Of a stretch of DNA of 64,000 bases, positions 37,590 to 50,190 are shown piece after piece; the first letter of the stretch is position 1; each line of letters opens with the position of its first letter. The position numbers were made by a program, and so were the translations under genes. The notes beneath the pieces were generated by a model. The model did no database searches, was not told the origin of the DNA, and saw only the letters and a program-made list of their open reading frames with translations. The DNA lies in assembly GCF_000485595.1 (NCBI RefSeq), contig NW_014577063.1, positions 948,822 to 1,012,821 on the forward strand, written 5' to 3'. This stretch comes from Priapulus caudatus (lineage: Eukaryota).

Positions 37590-38162
37590 CCTCAAAGCAG
37601 AGTAGCTGTTTGTAATGTAACACTTGCCGTCAAAGCAGAGTAGCTACAACGGCGAGGGGTAGTTGCCGAGAATCAACACTCTCCTAATAATATTAAAATA
37701 AAAGGAAACGATATATTATACGGGCGGACGTGCCATATATTATCCGTCGTGGATATGTGGCAGAACTCAAAGCAGAGTAGCTTATTATAATGCAACGCTT
37801 GCACTCAAAGCAGAGTAGCTACAACGGCGAGGGGTAGTTGCCGAGAATCAACACTCTCCTAATAATATTAAAATAAAAGGAAACGATATATTATACGGGC
37901 GGTCATGCCATATATTATCCGTCGTGGATATGTGGCAGAACTCAAAGCAGAGTAGCTTATTATAATGCAACGCTTGTCCTCAAAGCAGAGTAGCTACAAC
38001 GGCGAGGGGTAGATGCCGAGAATCAACACTCTTCTAATAATATTCACATAAAAGGAAACGATATATTAGTCACGCAGTTATTCCATATGTTATCACGAGC
38101 TAATAATAGATGTGTTATCAGCTCTTGATATAATCCGTCTTGGTTATGTTGTGGCAGAACTA
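37590..38162. repeat. 175-bp tandem repeat, 3 copies, upstream of the synaptotagmin ATG
   Basis: caaagcagagtagctacaacggcgagggg at 37631, 37806 and 37981. Confidence 0.9.
38094..38127. mobile_element. 34-bp TIR-only footprint in a tandem repeat
   Basis: cacgagctaataata...ttatcagctcttg; absent from the two sister repeat units. Confidence 0.7.
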
Positions 38163-38289
38163 GACGTGTAACAGCTGTGAACGCTCTCTGAGAAAACGCC
38201 TTAGACGTGGAATAATCACATCTTATGAATCCCCGTTCACGACTGTACCACGTATGCTCGCGCTCTCTCTCTCTCTCTCTTTCTCTCCC

Positions 38290-38337
<48 letters not shown>

Positions 38338-40888
38338 CTATTGCTCCTTCTCTTTCTCTCTAACTCTCACTCTCTCTCTACATCTCTCTCTTTATTAATA
38401 TATATAGTAGTATATAGTATAACAACATATACTATACTGAACACTGTAATCGTTGAGTCATCCATAGGAACGATGGCGCGTGTAATCAATGTTCTCTGAC
38501 ACAACGGGGTAACAGAGTTTTATAAGTCAGCGAACGTCGCACGTATTATAGGTCAACTCGGCGTAATCTTTTCTAGTCGCGCTTACGAGTTTCGTTTTAC
38601 GACCGGCACATTTCGCACTCGCACCACATTTCACGATTGCACGCTCGATTTCGCTTGCAATGTTGCCAATGACGTCTGAGCTTTGTCGCTTCACATCACC
38701 AAAACGAAATGGCATCAGAGCGCGAAATGTAGCGTCCTAACAAAACGATCGAATGTCACAAAAAACGTTTGTAGTGGCGAAAAAAATCCCGACACAGGCC
38801 AGGTGCACGAAGCGCGCAAACTATACGTTATCTGCGTCGNNNNNNNNNNNNNNNNNNNNNNNNNTCTCTCTCTCTATTTCTCTCTCTCGCTCTCTCTCTA
38901 TCTCTCACTCTCTCTCTACATCTCTCTCTTTATATATATATATATATATACACATATACTATATGAACACTGTATCGTTGAGTCATCCATAGAACAAAGC
39001 GTGTAATACAAATGTTCTCATCACAACGGGATAACAGATTTTATAAGTCAGCGAACCGTGCACGTACTATAGTCAACTCTCGTAATCCTTTCTAGTCGTC
39101 TGCACGAGTTTCCTTTACGCCGCACATTTCGCACTCGCACAAACATTTCACGATCGACGTCGATTTCGCTTCATGTTGCCACGTCTAGCTTTTGTCGCTT
39201 CACATCACCAAACGAAATTGCATCAGAGCGCGAGAATTAGCGTCCTAACAAAACGATCGAATGTACACAAAAGACGTTTTACGTGCGAAAAAAATCCCGA
39301 CACAGGCCAGGTGCACGAAGCGCGCACTAATACATATCTGCGTGCACCGCTGCCGGCATCTGATGACTAGAACTGTAATAGAACACGGTGATAGCATTCA
39401 TTCTATATACTGTTTACTTTGTGACCAGTGTGGAAGGCAGCAGCTGTCTCAGTTCTGATTATGAATCCCGTGTGAAAATCCAGGCTGGCTATATGCCACT
39501 GCATCGCTGTAACAAGGTAAACGCTGAAATGTCATCGGTGAGTCGGCCAGGTATAAAAGGCTGCTGGAGACCTCTTCGTGAAAAATGTTGTTCTCACAGA
39601 TTGCGCGACATACTCTCTCTTTTGCTATTTTGCTATTATCTCTCTTTTTACGTTTCGTGATCAGGACGCATGCATCTCGTTTAAAAAAATATAATCTTGT
39701 GTACAACGACATAATCTATCCTGATTCCACTGCGTAACATATCTCTAGCTGCCGTATCCGTGAAATTCGTCTAATGTACGGCTTTTTTTACTAAATTTAT
39801 TTTAATTAACTTTAAATTTTTAAAATCAAATAAATGGTAATGACATTGTGAACGAAATATTATATCGGAAAATTACTAGATGAGATGGCGTGCGTTATTC
39901 GGTTGCCGTGAGTAATAAAGCATGTTCATTTTAACTATGACGAGTTTGAAAAATCAATGCATTTTTTGCACGCTCCGTATTCTGCACGAACGAAATATTT
40001 GTGAGTAATGGAATCACTTTCAGAGTATGCATTTATTTATTAAAAAGTTTCAACAGTGACCACAAGCAGGTATTATTCTAAACAACAGCACGAATTCAGT
40101 ATTTGGGGATTTACGGATGTCATGTGGTTAGACAAATAGCACGTCACGAAGCATTTGTACAATGTGAACAATCCCCAAGCCTGTTAAAAGTACATATATG
40201 AATGTTATTCATGGAAGCGCGGAATTTCCAGGCAAGAACAGGGAGATGTGCATGCACCGATGTATTCTTGCTCTAACGCTAGCTGCTCCCATACATATTT
40301 CACTCTATTTGACGTTCATACCGTTCATCTTATAGAAATAATTTACTTGCGATATGTTGTTACCTCGTGAGAAATAAATAAGATATACAAAGCAAGGCAG
40401 TGAATTCGTTTTAAACATTCAGGATGACATTTAGAATATAAACCGGATGTCGAAAACATATATGCGATAAAATGACGCGTAGAACGCATTCACTGTCAGG
40501 AATTTTCCACGCAATGCGAAGCAAAGCAGAAAATGAAACCAGCATTACAGTTTTTGTGCTAAAATGTCACAATATACAGCTTCAAACATGAATACATATA
40601 AAACAATATTTATAGCAAAGTTTATATTACACTCTCATTTGTTGTAATGTTGTGTAATTGATTCGACATTTTATTCGAATATCGGTCAAACACGTGGGAA
40701 CCGTATAACATTTTCACAGAAACATGCGCGTGGCTTAGACCGATTATTCAATTAAAAGGCTACGTGGCAGGCGTTTCCTGTACGTCATAGTCAAACGTGT
40801 AGCAGTATATCGGTTTGAATCCATTAGTATATATGCGTAAGGTTCGAAAACGAAATAGGCCTACTACCAAACCAAAGCTACATACTAC

Positions 40889-40927
40889 CAGGAGTAGATA
40901 ATAGGGACCCCCTATTATCTACTCCTG
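40889..40927. mobile_element. 39-bp palindromic TIR-only footprint
   Basis: caggagtagataatagggaccccctattatctactcctg; flanks atactac/acactac. Confidence 0.8.
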
Positions 40928-41370
40928 ACACTACGCGTGCTCTTAATCATCTTCTGATAGTTTACTGGGAGAATGTTCGATGGTGGCTACAGCTGGGCTA
41001 GCTATGAGTATTCCTACAACTCCTCCTTAATAGAAAAGTATTCGCAATGTTGTAATAAAATAATAAAATAAGATAAATCGAGCTCTAGGCCTACTAGTTC
41101 GCATTTCGCACACAGGTGGCGCTTCCAGCGTCATCGCGACAGCCATCCCTTATTATTAACAACATCCTTCGAATCATTTCTTCGCGATCATCAATATAAC
41201 GCATGAATGCAACAATAAATAAAATGTTTGTGTTTCTTTGATAATAACAATCATGTGCAAATGATATACGTCAGGCAGTGTGATCACACGTGATGAGTAT
41301 GCTTACAAGTTACAACGTTTACGTATTAGGCTTTACGTATTAGGCTAGCGTATCTCAATATGGTGTGAAA

Positions 41371-41975
41371 TCAGTGACGTCTCTTTATGTCATTGCCATA
41401 TTTGTAGATCGGTGGACCTCTCACGTACCTGCCCCGGTTACCGTAGGTGTAACTGTCGTCATCGTCGCCCCTGTAAGTTTCGTGCTCGGGCTCGTACGGG
41501 TACTGACCGTAGCGACCGTACGTGGGACGGTTGTAATAGCTGGGTCGCGTGGCGTACTGCGGTGCGTACGTGTACCGCGCGTAGCGACCGGACGGTTCTC
41601 TGCTATTCCTTCCGAGACGGTCGTCAATTGACGGCATGTAGGGCGAGTACTCGGACGTGCCACTGCCAGAGTTCGAGTTCTCGTACGTCTTTGGTCGTGC
41701 TTCGTTGCGCCTATAGTAGTTGTTGTAGTTGTCCTTATCCTGGTAGTAGCCCTTATCGTAGTTGCGTCCGTTGTTGAGGTAATCGCGCTTGTGGCCCTTG
41801 TCGCTGAAGCGCTCCTTCGCTCCCTTGTCGACGTTGTAGTTTCGGAAGTAGTACTTGCCGTTGCCCTTGTTGAAGTAGAAGTCGCCGTTACCTTCCTTGT
41901 AGTCGACGTGACCTTTGTCCAGCGCGCTTCTCTGACCGCCGTAGTGGGCTCCGCGTCCGCGGTTGTCGTGCTTCC
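41371..41975 (-). CDS. Orphan protein A exon 3 (terminal, Tyr/Asn/Gly/Arg-rich)
   Basis: acatag| acceptor, phase 1; GC3-rich open frame KHDNRGRGAHYGG...KYGNDIKRRH*; total 250 aa. Confidence 0.85.
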
Positions 41976-42538
41976 CTATGTACGAAAGCACACACACACT
42001 GCATAACCATAAATACATAATATACACGTACATAAATATATATAATATACACATAATATATATATATATATATATATATAATATACGCACATACATAACG
42101 ATTTATATACGCGTACATAATGTTTTAGCTGATATGTGATAATTCTGGATACGGTCGGTGCTACAGCTGATGACATGCGAGGCAATATGAGAGCGAAGGG
42201 ACAGGGTGAATTTTGCAGTTCTACGCAGTAACGGGTATAGGCCTTCGCTGCACGATAACAGTCCTTACGAGTCGTTTATAGCATCCATCGAAAATTCGCA
42301 ATTGCGTTTCGTATATTCTTCGCTGAAAAACTCTAGCAAATGGTAACCGCGCTACGAACTAGTTCTAGCAGGAATGCATAACAGAGAACTCTGACCATCT
42401 GTGGCACGGCCAACATAGGGATATTGAACTAGAGCTAGTTACGAACTGACGGCAGTGCCTATATACAATGGTTAACGCATTAGTTCACCACAGCGCCTAT
42501 GCTATACTGGCGCATCTGATTGGGTTCATGCAAATTAC

Positions 42539-42635
42539 CGTTGTGGTTGTAATGACCCTTGTCATCATCCTTGTGGTGCTGCCCCCAGTTTCTCCGAGCG
42601 TACCCAGAGCCACGATCATAGCCGCTGCTTGCCAC
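42539..42635 (-). CDS. Orphan protein A exon 2
   Basis: ttatag| acceptor, g|gtaatt donor, phase 0-1; VASSGYDRGSGYARRNWGQHHKDDDKGHYNHN. Confidence 0.8.
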
Positions 42636-42803
42636 CTATAAACATAAAATGTCACTATGATCATCACACGTCAAAGTACACAGGCATAAAACATTCGCAT
42701 ATAGGTAGTGAAGAACTACAATAACGGAATATAAACAGAATTATAGAGATACGCACGCACATGTGTAGGTAACATAAGAGACGAATCAAGCTGCTGAAAA
42801 TAC

Positions 42804-42876
42804 CAGGAGCGTCATAATTAAATATATAGATATATAAATATATAGATATATAGTCTATATTATGACGCCACTCCTG
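42804..42876. mobile_element. TIR-only footprint, TSD not evident
   Basis: caggagcgtcataat...attatgacgccactcctg. Confidence 0.5.
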
Positions 42877-43010
42877 ATATGTAATCAATTCATTTCAGAT
42901 GTGAATCATTTTCAGTGTGCTTTCAGCAATATGCCTGCATCGAGCTACCTCTAAGTACATCGTGTACTGCGAGATCGACAGAAAACAACATATTCCTACG
43001 ATAAATTTAC

Positions 43011-43061
43011 CAAGCCTAGAAGTGCGGTGGCGATCACCAGAACAATCCCTATCCTCTTCAT
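43011..43061 (-). CDS. Secreted Tyr/Gly-rich orphan protein A, exon 1 (signal peptide)
   Basis: MKRIGIVLVIATALLGL|gtaaat, 17 codons, phase 0. Confidence 0.8.
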
Positions 43062-43169
43062 GATGCGTTTTGCCGATGATATATATTACAAATCACAAGA
43101 AAACTCCGTTCAATGTTTTCAGCCCGCAGACAGGCTATGCACTGGTCGCGGAATTGATTGTTTCGACAT

Positions 43170-43176
43170 TTTTATA
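43170..43176 (-). promoter_or_regulatory. TATA box of orphan gene A
   Basis: TATAAAA on the minus strand, about 30 bp upstream of an Inr-like CCAGT (43145-43141) and about 110 bp upstream of the ATG. Confidence 0.5.
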
Positions 43177-43384
43177 GCCGTTGAGATGGACCTGTTGACC
43201 CATACTGGCCCTGTGAATAATAAATGACACCGGCAATCACAATTTAGCCTTCATGTCCGGCGATTTTCTATTTTAGCGTTTCATTATTCAAAGAGCGTGT
43301 GTCGCGAAGTGCGCAGCGGTAATGTATAGAAATGCTTAGAACCCTACTGACCCCGATGTTCACATTCTACGCTGAAAAACATCT

Positions 43385-43749
43385 ATAGCTGCTATTTCTG
43401 TACATCGTTTGGTGAGCTCATTAGAGGCGTATCATGGTTCTTCGGGTTTCAACAATATACGGCATTATCTATAGTGAGATATAACTAGATCTCGGCTGAT
43501 AATTCTATAGAATGCATTCGTATACTACGCGACTCTTGAAACTCTCGCGAATACCAACAACAGAGTATAGCTGCTATTTCTGTACATCGTTTGGTGGGCT
43601 CATTAGAGGCGTATCACGGTTCTTCGAATTTCAACAATATACGGCATTATCTATACTGAGATATAACTAGATCTCGGCTGATAATTCTATGGAATGCATT
43701 CGTACACTACGCGACTCTTAAAACTCTCGCGAATACCAACAACAGAGTA
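43385..43749. repeat. 182-bp tandem duplication upstream of gene A
   Basis: tatagctgctatttctgtacatcg at 43385 and 43567. Confidence 0.9.
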
Positions 43750-44224
43750 TCATTTGAGCCGCTGGAAATGTTCGAAATATGCTAAAATTGCCCATAATGA
43801 CGTGCAATTTATCGGCATGATTTCTAAACCAAGGGCCGAGTGCGAGTTTACAAAGTTCACGACATTGTGGGTCTATGGTTTCAGAATAATTTATGTTTTT
43901 GCACGAGGTGCATGAATAATACCAATGTGTATGACATACCTTTATATTGGTAACAGATCGGAAATTCCCCCAGCGATATGATACCTAATACATCTTTAAA
44001 CTATAGCAAATTGGCTATTTAATAATGAATAATTTGGTTGCATACTGACAAACTTTAATATATATAATAGCGTCTAATCGAGACCAGAGTCTAGTGTGTA
44101 TCGATTTCTTTAATCATTTTCCAAAATTTTACGTTATACGTGTGACACGTACAGCAATACGCGTGCACACTTCAAATTGAATTCCGCAAATAATCCTAAA
44201 TTATAAGAAACTAGTCTATGCCCG

Positions 44225-44590
44225 TTAGGTCGTCAGAACTTCTGTGTAGACCACATTGTTTATGATAGAACGTTTAGTTGTGTCTTTGGCGTCTACGGCT
44301 AGAATCTTTAGCTGTAGGGCACTTCCCACGCGGCTAGCAGTGACGTAGAACTGGCCGTGACGGAAGAAGTCTTTGACCGTGTAGACGCCGACACGGTGAA
44401 GGGACTGCCCTTGTGACTTGTTGACTGTCATCGCAAAGCAAAGGCGGATTGGGAACTGGCGGCGTATCATGGTGAAAGGAAATATCTTCTCACTAGGCGA
44501 ACTGGAGATGCGCGGAATGAGCAGCTGTCGACCAGCATGGACTCCAGACACTAACTCAGCGACGACCAGATGCGCGCGATTGCTGCATGG
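44225..44590 (-). pseudogene. Helitron PIF1-like helicase C-terminal fragment
   Basis: LLIPRI...FPFTMIRRQFPIRLCFAMTVNKSQGQSLHRVGVY...FRHGQFYVTASRV...NVVYTEVL. Confidence 0.92.
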
Positions 44591-45108
44591 ATTGCCGGTT
44601 TCTGGAACGGCGTTGCTCTGAATGGAACCATAATTAAGGAATATAATTACGCAATGCTTAGGTATCGACATAAACAAAGTATGGTGTAAATAATTAATTG
44701 AATATATGTCTCTTGTCTTAAGGCGTGAAAATGCGTACCTGTAGCCTGTATCGTCTCTGCAGCGCGCAATTGCTGCATGGATTGCGCGGCTTGGTGGAAC
44801 GGCGTTGCTTCGCTGCTGAATGCGAAATATAAGTAGTGGAATGTAAGTAATGGTATTGTAACTTAAAAATACACACACAACATTACACACACACGACACA
44901 CACCCACGACACACACACACACACACACACGAACACACACCCACACACACACACACACACCCACACACCCACACACACAAACGCGGGGCGCGCGGCGCAC
45001 ATACACACACACAACACACACACACACACACACCACACAACACCACTCACACACACATACCACACACACCACACACACACAAACGCCGCGCGCGCACACA
45101 CACACACA

Positions 45109-45161
<53 letters not shown>

Positions 45162-45262
45162 TACGCATTACGCATAAAACACACACAACGACACGCATAC
45201 ACCAAACACATTACACTACACGCAACTATAGACACACACACAATACACTACACGGCACACCA

Positions 45263-45339
<77 letters not shown>

Positions 45340-45465
45340 CACCACACACACCACACACACACACACACACACACGCACACAAACACCCCCCACACACACA
45401 ACACACAGCAGGTGCGCATACACACACTAACTAAAAAAATAAGATAGCTTGTAAGAGTATAATTA

Positions 45466-45624
45466 TTAGAGGTCAGTCTGAACGTTGTACGTTTTACGTT
45501 TACGGTTGAAAATCTTACCTGCGACATCAGGAGTTTCTTGACAGCGGGCGACTTTCTTGCGGGCGGTATCTTGTCGATGCTTAATATCTCGATGTGTCAG
45601 TGATGCCTTTCTTTTTGGTGGCAT
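45466..45624 (-). pseudogene. Probable Helitron ORF N-terminal fragment
   Basis: MPPKRKASLTHR...ARKKVARCQETPD, basic N-terminus typical of RepHel, same strand as the helicase fragment. Confidence 0.5.
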
Positions 45625-45760
45625 TAGCTGGGCACTTGTTATAACCAATTTTTTGCCGTCTGGAAACTTTGACTTATGTTATAACGAAATGCGCTCCATT
45701 TAAGAAACAATGTAAAACAATGTTTAACATTTCTCTGGTTAGATTCTATGGAGCGACTTA

Positions 45761-45956
45761 ATGCCCGGCGCACACGTGAGTTATTTTACTTAAGTAAAAT
45801 GACGCATGAGTCAAATTACTCAACGAAAATCCGCCGCACACGTGAGTAAAATGACGCATGAGTCAAATTACTCAACGAAAATCCGCCGCACACGTGAGTA
45901 AAATGACTCATGCGTCATTTTACTTGAGTATAATAACTCACGTGTGCGCCGGGCAT
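45761..45956. mobile_element. Harbinger-like MITE nested in the Helitron
   Basis: atgcccggcgcacacgtgagttatt...aataactcacgtgtgcgccgggcat; internal 52-bp tandem; same family at about 25030-25197, 25690-25903 and 28345-28490. Confidence 0.8.
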
Positions 45957-46090
45957 TAGAAACCACTAAAAAGCAACTTAGAAAATCTTAGATGGAGAAC
46001 ATTTGGTTATACATTGTTTTTTACATTGCCATTGTGTTTTCGTGTTGTGACGTTGCATCGCGCTCGGTGCAAAAATTTCCCACTTTTTAA

Positions 46091-46692
46091 AGGGATAGTT
46101 TACTCTAGGTTGTAGGGTTATTTTCAGTTAATTTAGGTTAAAATTACGCTACATAAAAAGTTTCATGGTTCAATCACAATTAGAAATGTTATAAAAAAAT
46201 GTTTTAAAACTAACGACTACAGTTTGATTACAACGACGGTGGCGCCACTCAAAGCGCGCGATCTGATAAGTTGCGCAAAACCACTTTCCAGCCAAGGGCT
46301 ACAGACCGAGGGTGTTTCTTATTTATTAATTTAAAAGCAAAAGGATTGTAATATCTTATAAATGACATATAGTTTCAGTTATATCATGGATAAATTTGTC
46401 CTAAAATGAACATCGTTCGGTTAAATAGCATTTAGGTATGAATATAATTGCACCTTTGTGATTAGCCCTCGGTCTGTAACGTGCAAAATAAATTGGCAAA
46501 TACGCAACTTTTTCAGGGTGGCAGCACGATCGCGGGTGTCATGGCGCCGTTCAAATTTCGTAGCGTTGATGTGTAATTAATTAATTATAACAATTAAATT
46601 AGGTATCTGGTGACAAATACATGTGGGCATAGACGATTTGTTGAACAGTAAGTACAGTTGTATGCAGAAAAATCCTAGAGTCTACTATCCAT
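46091..46692. mobile_element. TTAA-target MITE (Kolobok-like) nested in the Helitron
   Basis: ttaa|agggatagtttactctagg...cctagagtctactatccat|ttaa. Confidence 0.55.
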
Positions 46693-48930
46693 TTAAATGT
46701 TTTTGAACGTGGAATGTGAAAAAAATGCAATGTGTGTATGGACAATGCACATGCATTGCATGCACTGCAACGTGTCATGATCTGTAGAATGTTCCGATCA
46801 AGTTTGGAAAGGATCCGTTGAGCGGTGCGGAAACGTATAGCCGGACAGACATAGACAGAAATTCTCTAATTTATAGTAAGATTTAGTAAAGGCTTTTGAG
46901 TGCTAACGGATGCTGAAAATTGGCTGGTTGTTCTCAGGCGGATACATATTTAGAATAATTACTATATAGAGACGGAAATTGTGAGACGGAAAACGTTCCA
47001 TCTGCTGCATATCGTGTCAATTAGGGACTTTCCGTTACGATGGATCTCCTTACAAGCACAGGCCGTAGTTCTTGGCTAGCTTTGCTTAATACGCAGTTAG
47101 TTGCACGACGAAAATGAAGCGCACACGTTCGCATTGCGCACAATAAACCCATATAACATGAGAACAGACCACTATTAAATTTTCCATAGGATTCTATACT
47201 TAAGAATTGAATTTCAGGAGCTGAAAAATAGTATTTCGGCCATTTTCGGCCGAGTGGCAATATTAAAGCTAGGTAGCCATGTACTTCACAGCTGAAACTG
47301 TACTTCACCATTAGAGTTATGATATATGTTGTCCGGCGTTTTAAAAAAATATCGCGAATTTACGAATCGACACCACATTTGTGCCTGAAAAACAGTCGCG
47401 CAGTCGAATGGGGAATAAACATTTGGGGATTGTACATGTCTACCCGTAGCATGTGACGAATTTATTTTAATCTGAAATGTGTTGTGGGTTTTATTACTAC
47501 ATTAATACGTAGGATCTCTATGTAAAATATAGTGAGATATATCAACCGACTACATATACGTAGTAAACATAGTTTTAAGTGTTTGTTCGGATACGAAACC
47601 GAATGTATCCTAATGTGTGATCATGCATTAGCTTGTTATTCACAACCATATATTTACCAAATCATAGAAAACAGAAAAACAATAATATTTTAATGATAGA
47701 TAAAAAGTATTTATTTTAGGCTTTCTTATATCTACGTCTTCATTCAGCTGGATTTCCCTAGATTCACGAATAATAAAAGGTTGCTAAAAGTGCAAGATAA
47801 TTTTTTCATTTTATTTTATTGACCGATTTCCATTGCAGCGACGTAGTCAATATATACACGTTGTTTGGAACTTATTACTTATAGAATTATGAGAAGGAAC
47901 GTGTGAGAGGCAGCTAATACATGTCTTATCAAGCATGCATGTCTTCTAGCCTCATTAAGAGTGACATGCAACTGCTACTACAGAGATCAGAATGACACCA
48001 GGTGTGTGCATGGTGGTTGGCTCTGTTAAGCATTGTGGCTGTTGTTACACAGCGTTATCACAGTCGTTGACTCGTAAACACCTTCTATAGTAGCGACTGA
48101 AAGAAAACATTCTTTACGTGAATTCTACTTCGGATCAGTTTTGTTTTCCGCATTGAGTACTGAGCATGAAAATTATTTTAATAGCTTTTCAATGACACCG
48201 AATAGGGTAGTTGAAAAAAAGATATTCTTTTTGCCTGTACATTTCCGAACATTGTTTTTAAGGTTAAATTAAGCCGTCTCTATTTAGCTGCGATGTTTCC
48301 TGCTACAGCCGTATAAGCTGGCTAAAATTCTGTACATTATAATACAAGCTTTTACCTTTCATGTATTGCAAATCTCTAGCAACAGTCGGTATTGAAAGTT
48401 TGTGTAAGGCACATCGTTTTAACTACCCGGGGTTAACCCCAACTAAATTAACCCCATTCAGCATGACCAGAAAGAAACAGTAATGGTCGTTATAACTGCA
48501 CGTAAAAAATATCCTCTATTTATCTCATACTATCCACTCAGCTATAAGCGTGTCGTGACCACAGGAAACCCTCACACGGCAACGTTAAGTAAAAAATCAA
48601 TTTTTTATCGTTCCTCTAATATTCTACATCGTCTGCTTTCGTTTTACACCCTCCTGTCTACTCTCCCGCGTGGTTACCCACATGCAGCTCTACCCCCTCC
48701 TCCTATCATTAAACGGCGATCAAGCTCTAGTACTATATCCCTTGTTGCGACAGGCCTGTGGGCCTGTGGGCCTTGTTGTGACTGTGGCAACAAGTGTTAT
48801 AGAACACAAGCTTACGGCGATCGTGCGCTAGTGATATATCCCCTGTTGCGACAGGCCTGTAGGCCTCTCTGGGCCTTGCTGTGCCTGTCGCAACAAGTGT
48901 TATAGTACTCAAGCTAACGGCGATCGTGCT

Positions 48931-49350
48931 CTAGTTGTAGTTTGACCCGTAGCCGGTTGGATTGGGGTTATAACGCGGAGACGGGGACGTGCCAGAGTAG
49001 CCGGGTCGGTTGAAGGAGTACGAGTCTTCCGAGTAGATATTCGGCTGGCGCGGGCGCGGGTAGCCGGACGTCGGAGGCGCGTGGTTATTGTCGCTGCCGC
49101 TCCCGTACTCGTCGTCGTTTCGCCGGTAGCCGTAGCTCGCCGGCCGCTCGTAGTCAGAGTCCCGACTGGTGGCGCCATCTCTCGGCGGTGGCGGCGGTGA
49201 TTTGTAGCCAACAGCGCTGGCCTCCGCCTTCGCCTCCTCCTGCTTCTCGAGTTTGTTGTACTTGTGTAGGATGTCGAGCAGGCGACCGAGAGGAATGCTC
49301 TCCTCCTCGGACTCGTTCACCTCCGGCGGTCTGACGGGAGAGGTGTCGAC
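48931..49350 (-). CDS. Orphan protein B terminal exon
   Basis: cggcag| acceptor, phase 0; GC3-rich frame VDTSPVRPPEVNESEEE...PTGYGSNYN*. Confidence 0.8.
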   Translation of the reverse strand, partial: VDTSPVRPPEVNESEEESIPLGRLLDILHKYNKLEKQEEAKAEASAVGYKSPPPPPRDGATSRDSDYERPASYGYRRNDDEYGSGSDNNHAPPTSGYPRPRQPNIYSEDSYSFNRPGYSGTSPSPRYNPNPTGYGSNYN

Positions 49351-49605
49351 CTGCCGAGGAAAATTAAACAACATGCTAAGACAGCGTTCTCATATTTTTT
49401 GGTACCACGACCTGCCAAGAAAATTAAACAACATGCTAAGACAGCGTTCTCATATTTTTTGGTACCACGACCTGCCGAGGAAATTAAACAATATGCTAAG
49501 GCAGCGTTCTCATATTTGTGGTAGCGTTCTTATATTTGTCGACATGCCGATGGAATTAAACAACAATGCAACAAAATTAAACTAGCTAGGCAGCGTTCAT
49601 ATATT
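49347..49605. repeat. 60-bp tandem repeat containing the gene B terminal acceptor
   Basis: cgacctgccgaggaaattaaacaacatgctaag about 4 times, plus a copy at about 49720. Confidence 0.9.
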
Positions 49606-49984
49606 TCTTGTGGTGATCGCGTACGCGGTATTGGCATAATTACGTATGATTGCCATTATGATTGCCTGTACTACTGGGTCTAGGGCTGTGCGAACGTAAT
49701 CTTAGAATATAATTCTTTGACCTGCCGAGGAAATTAAACAACATGCCAAGGCAATGTTCTTAAATTTGTGGTGGTGCACCACCATAAATATCTGAACGCT
49801 GCCTTAGTATGTTGTTTCAAAAATATCACGAGTTCAAAAATAACGGTGTCAAATATAATTGTAGAATACTAATTCCCGAAATTTCTGCTCATCGTGGTGT
49901 TAGGATTTTAGCATTATGTCAACCTGTCTAGATCTATTATATACTTTCGCACAGCCCTAGACCTATAGTAGCACATGTACAGGC

Positions 49985-50190
49985 CTAGCACAGACCCAGT
50001 AGCACATGGCTAGCACAGAGCCAGTAGCACAGGTCTAGCACAGACCCAGTAGCACAGGGCTAGCTCAGACCCAGTAGCACATGGCTAGCATAGACCCAGT
50101 AGCACAGGGCTAGCTCAGACCCAGTAGCACACGGCTAGCGCAGACCCAGTAGCACAGGGCTAGCACAGATGTAGTAGCACAGGGCTAGTG
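49985..50190. repeat. 25-bp minisatellite, about 8 copies
   Basis: ctagcacagacccagtagcacaggg. Confidence 0.9.

Larger units (their letters stand above)
44211..46881 (-). mobile_element. Internally deleted Helitron
   Basis: Minus strand A|TCTTACTATAAATTAGAG 5' end and CGGGCATAGACTAG|T 3' end; carries RepHel N- and C-terminal fragments. Confidence 0.8.
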
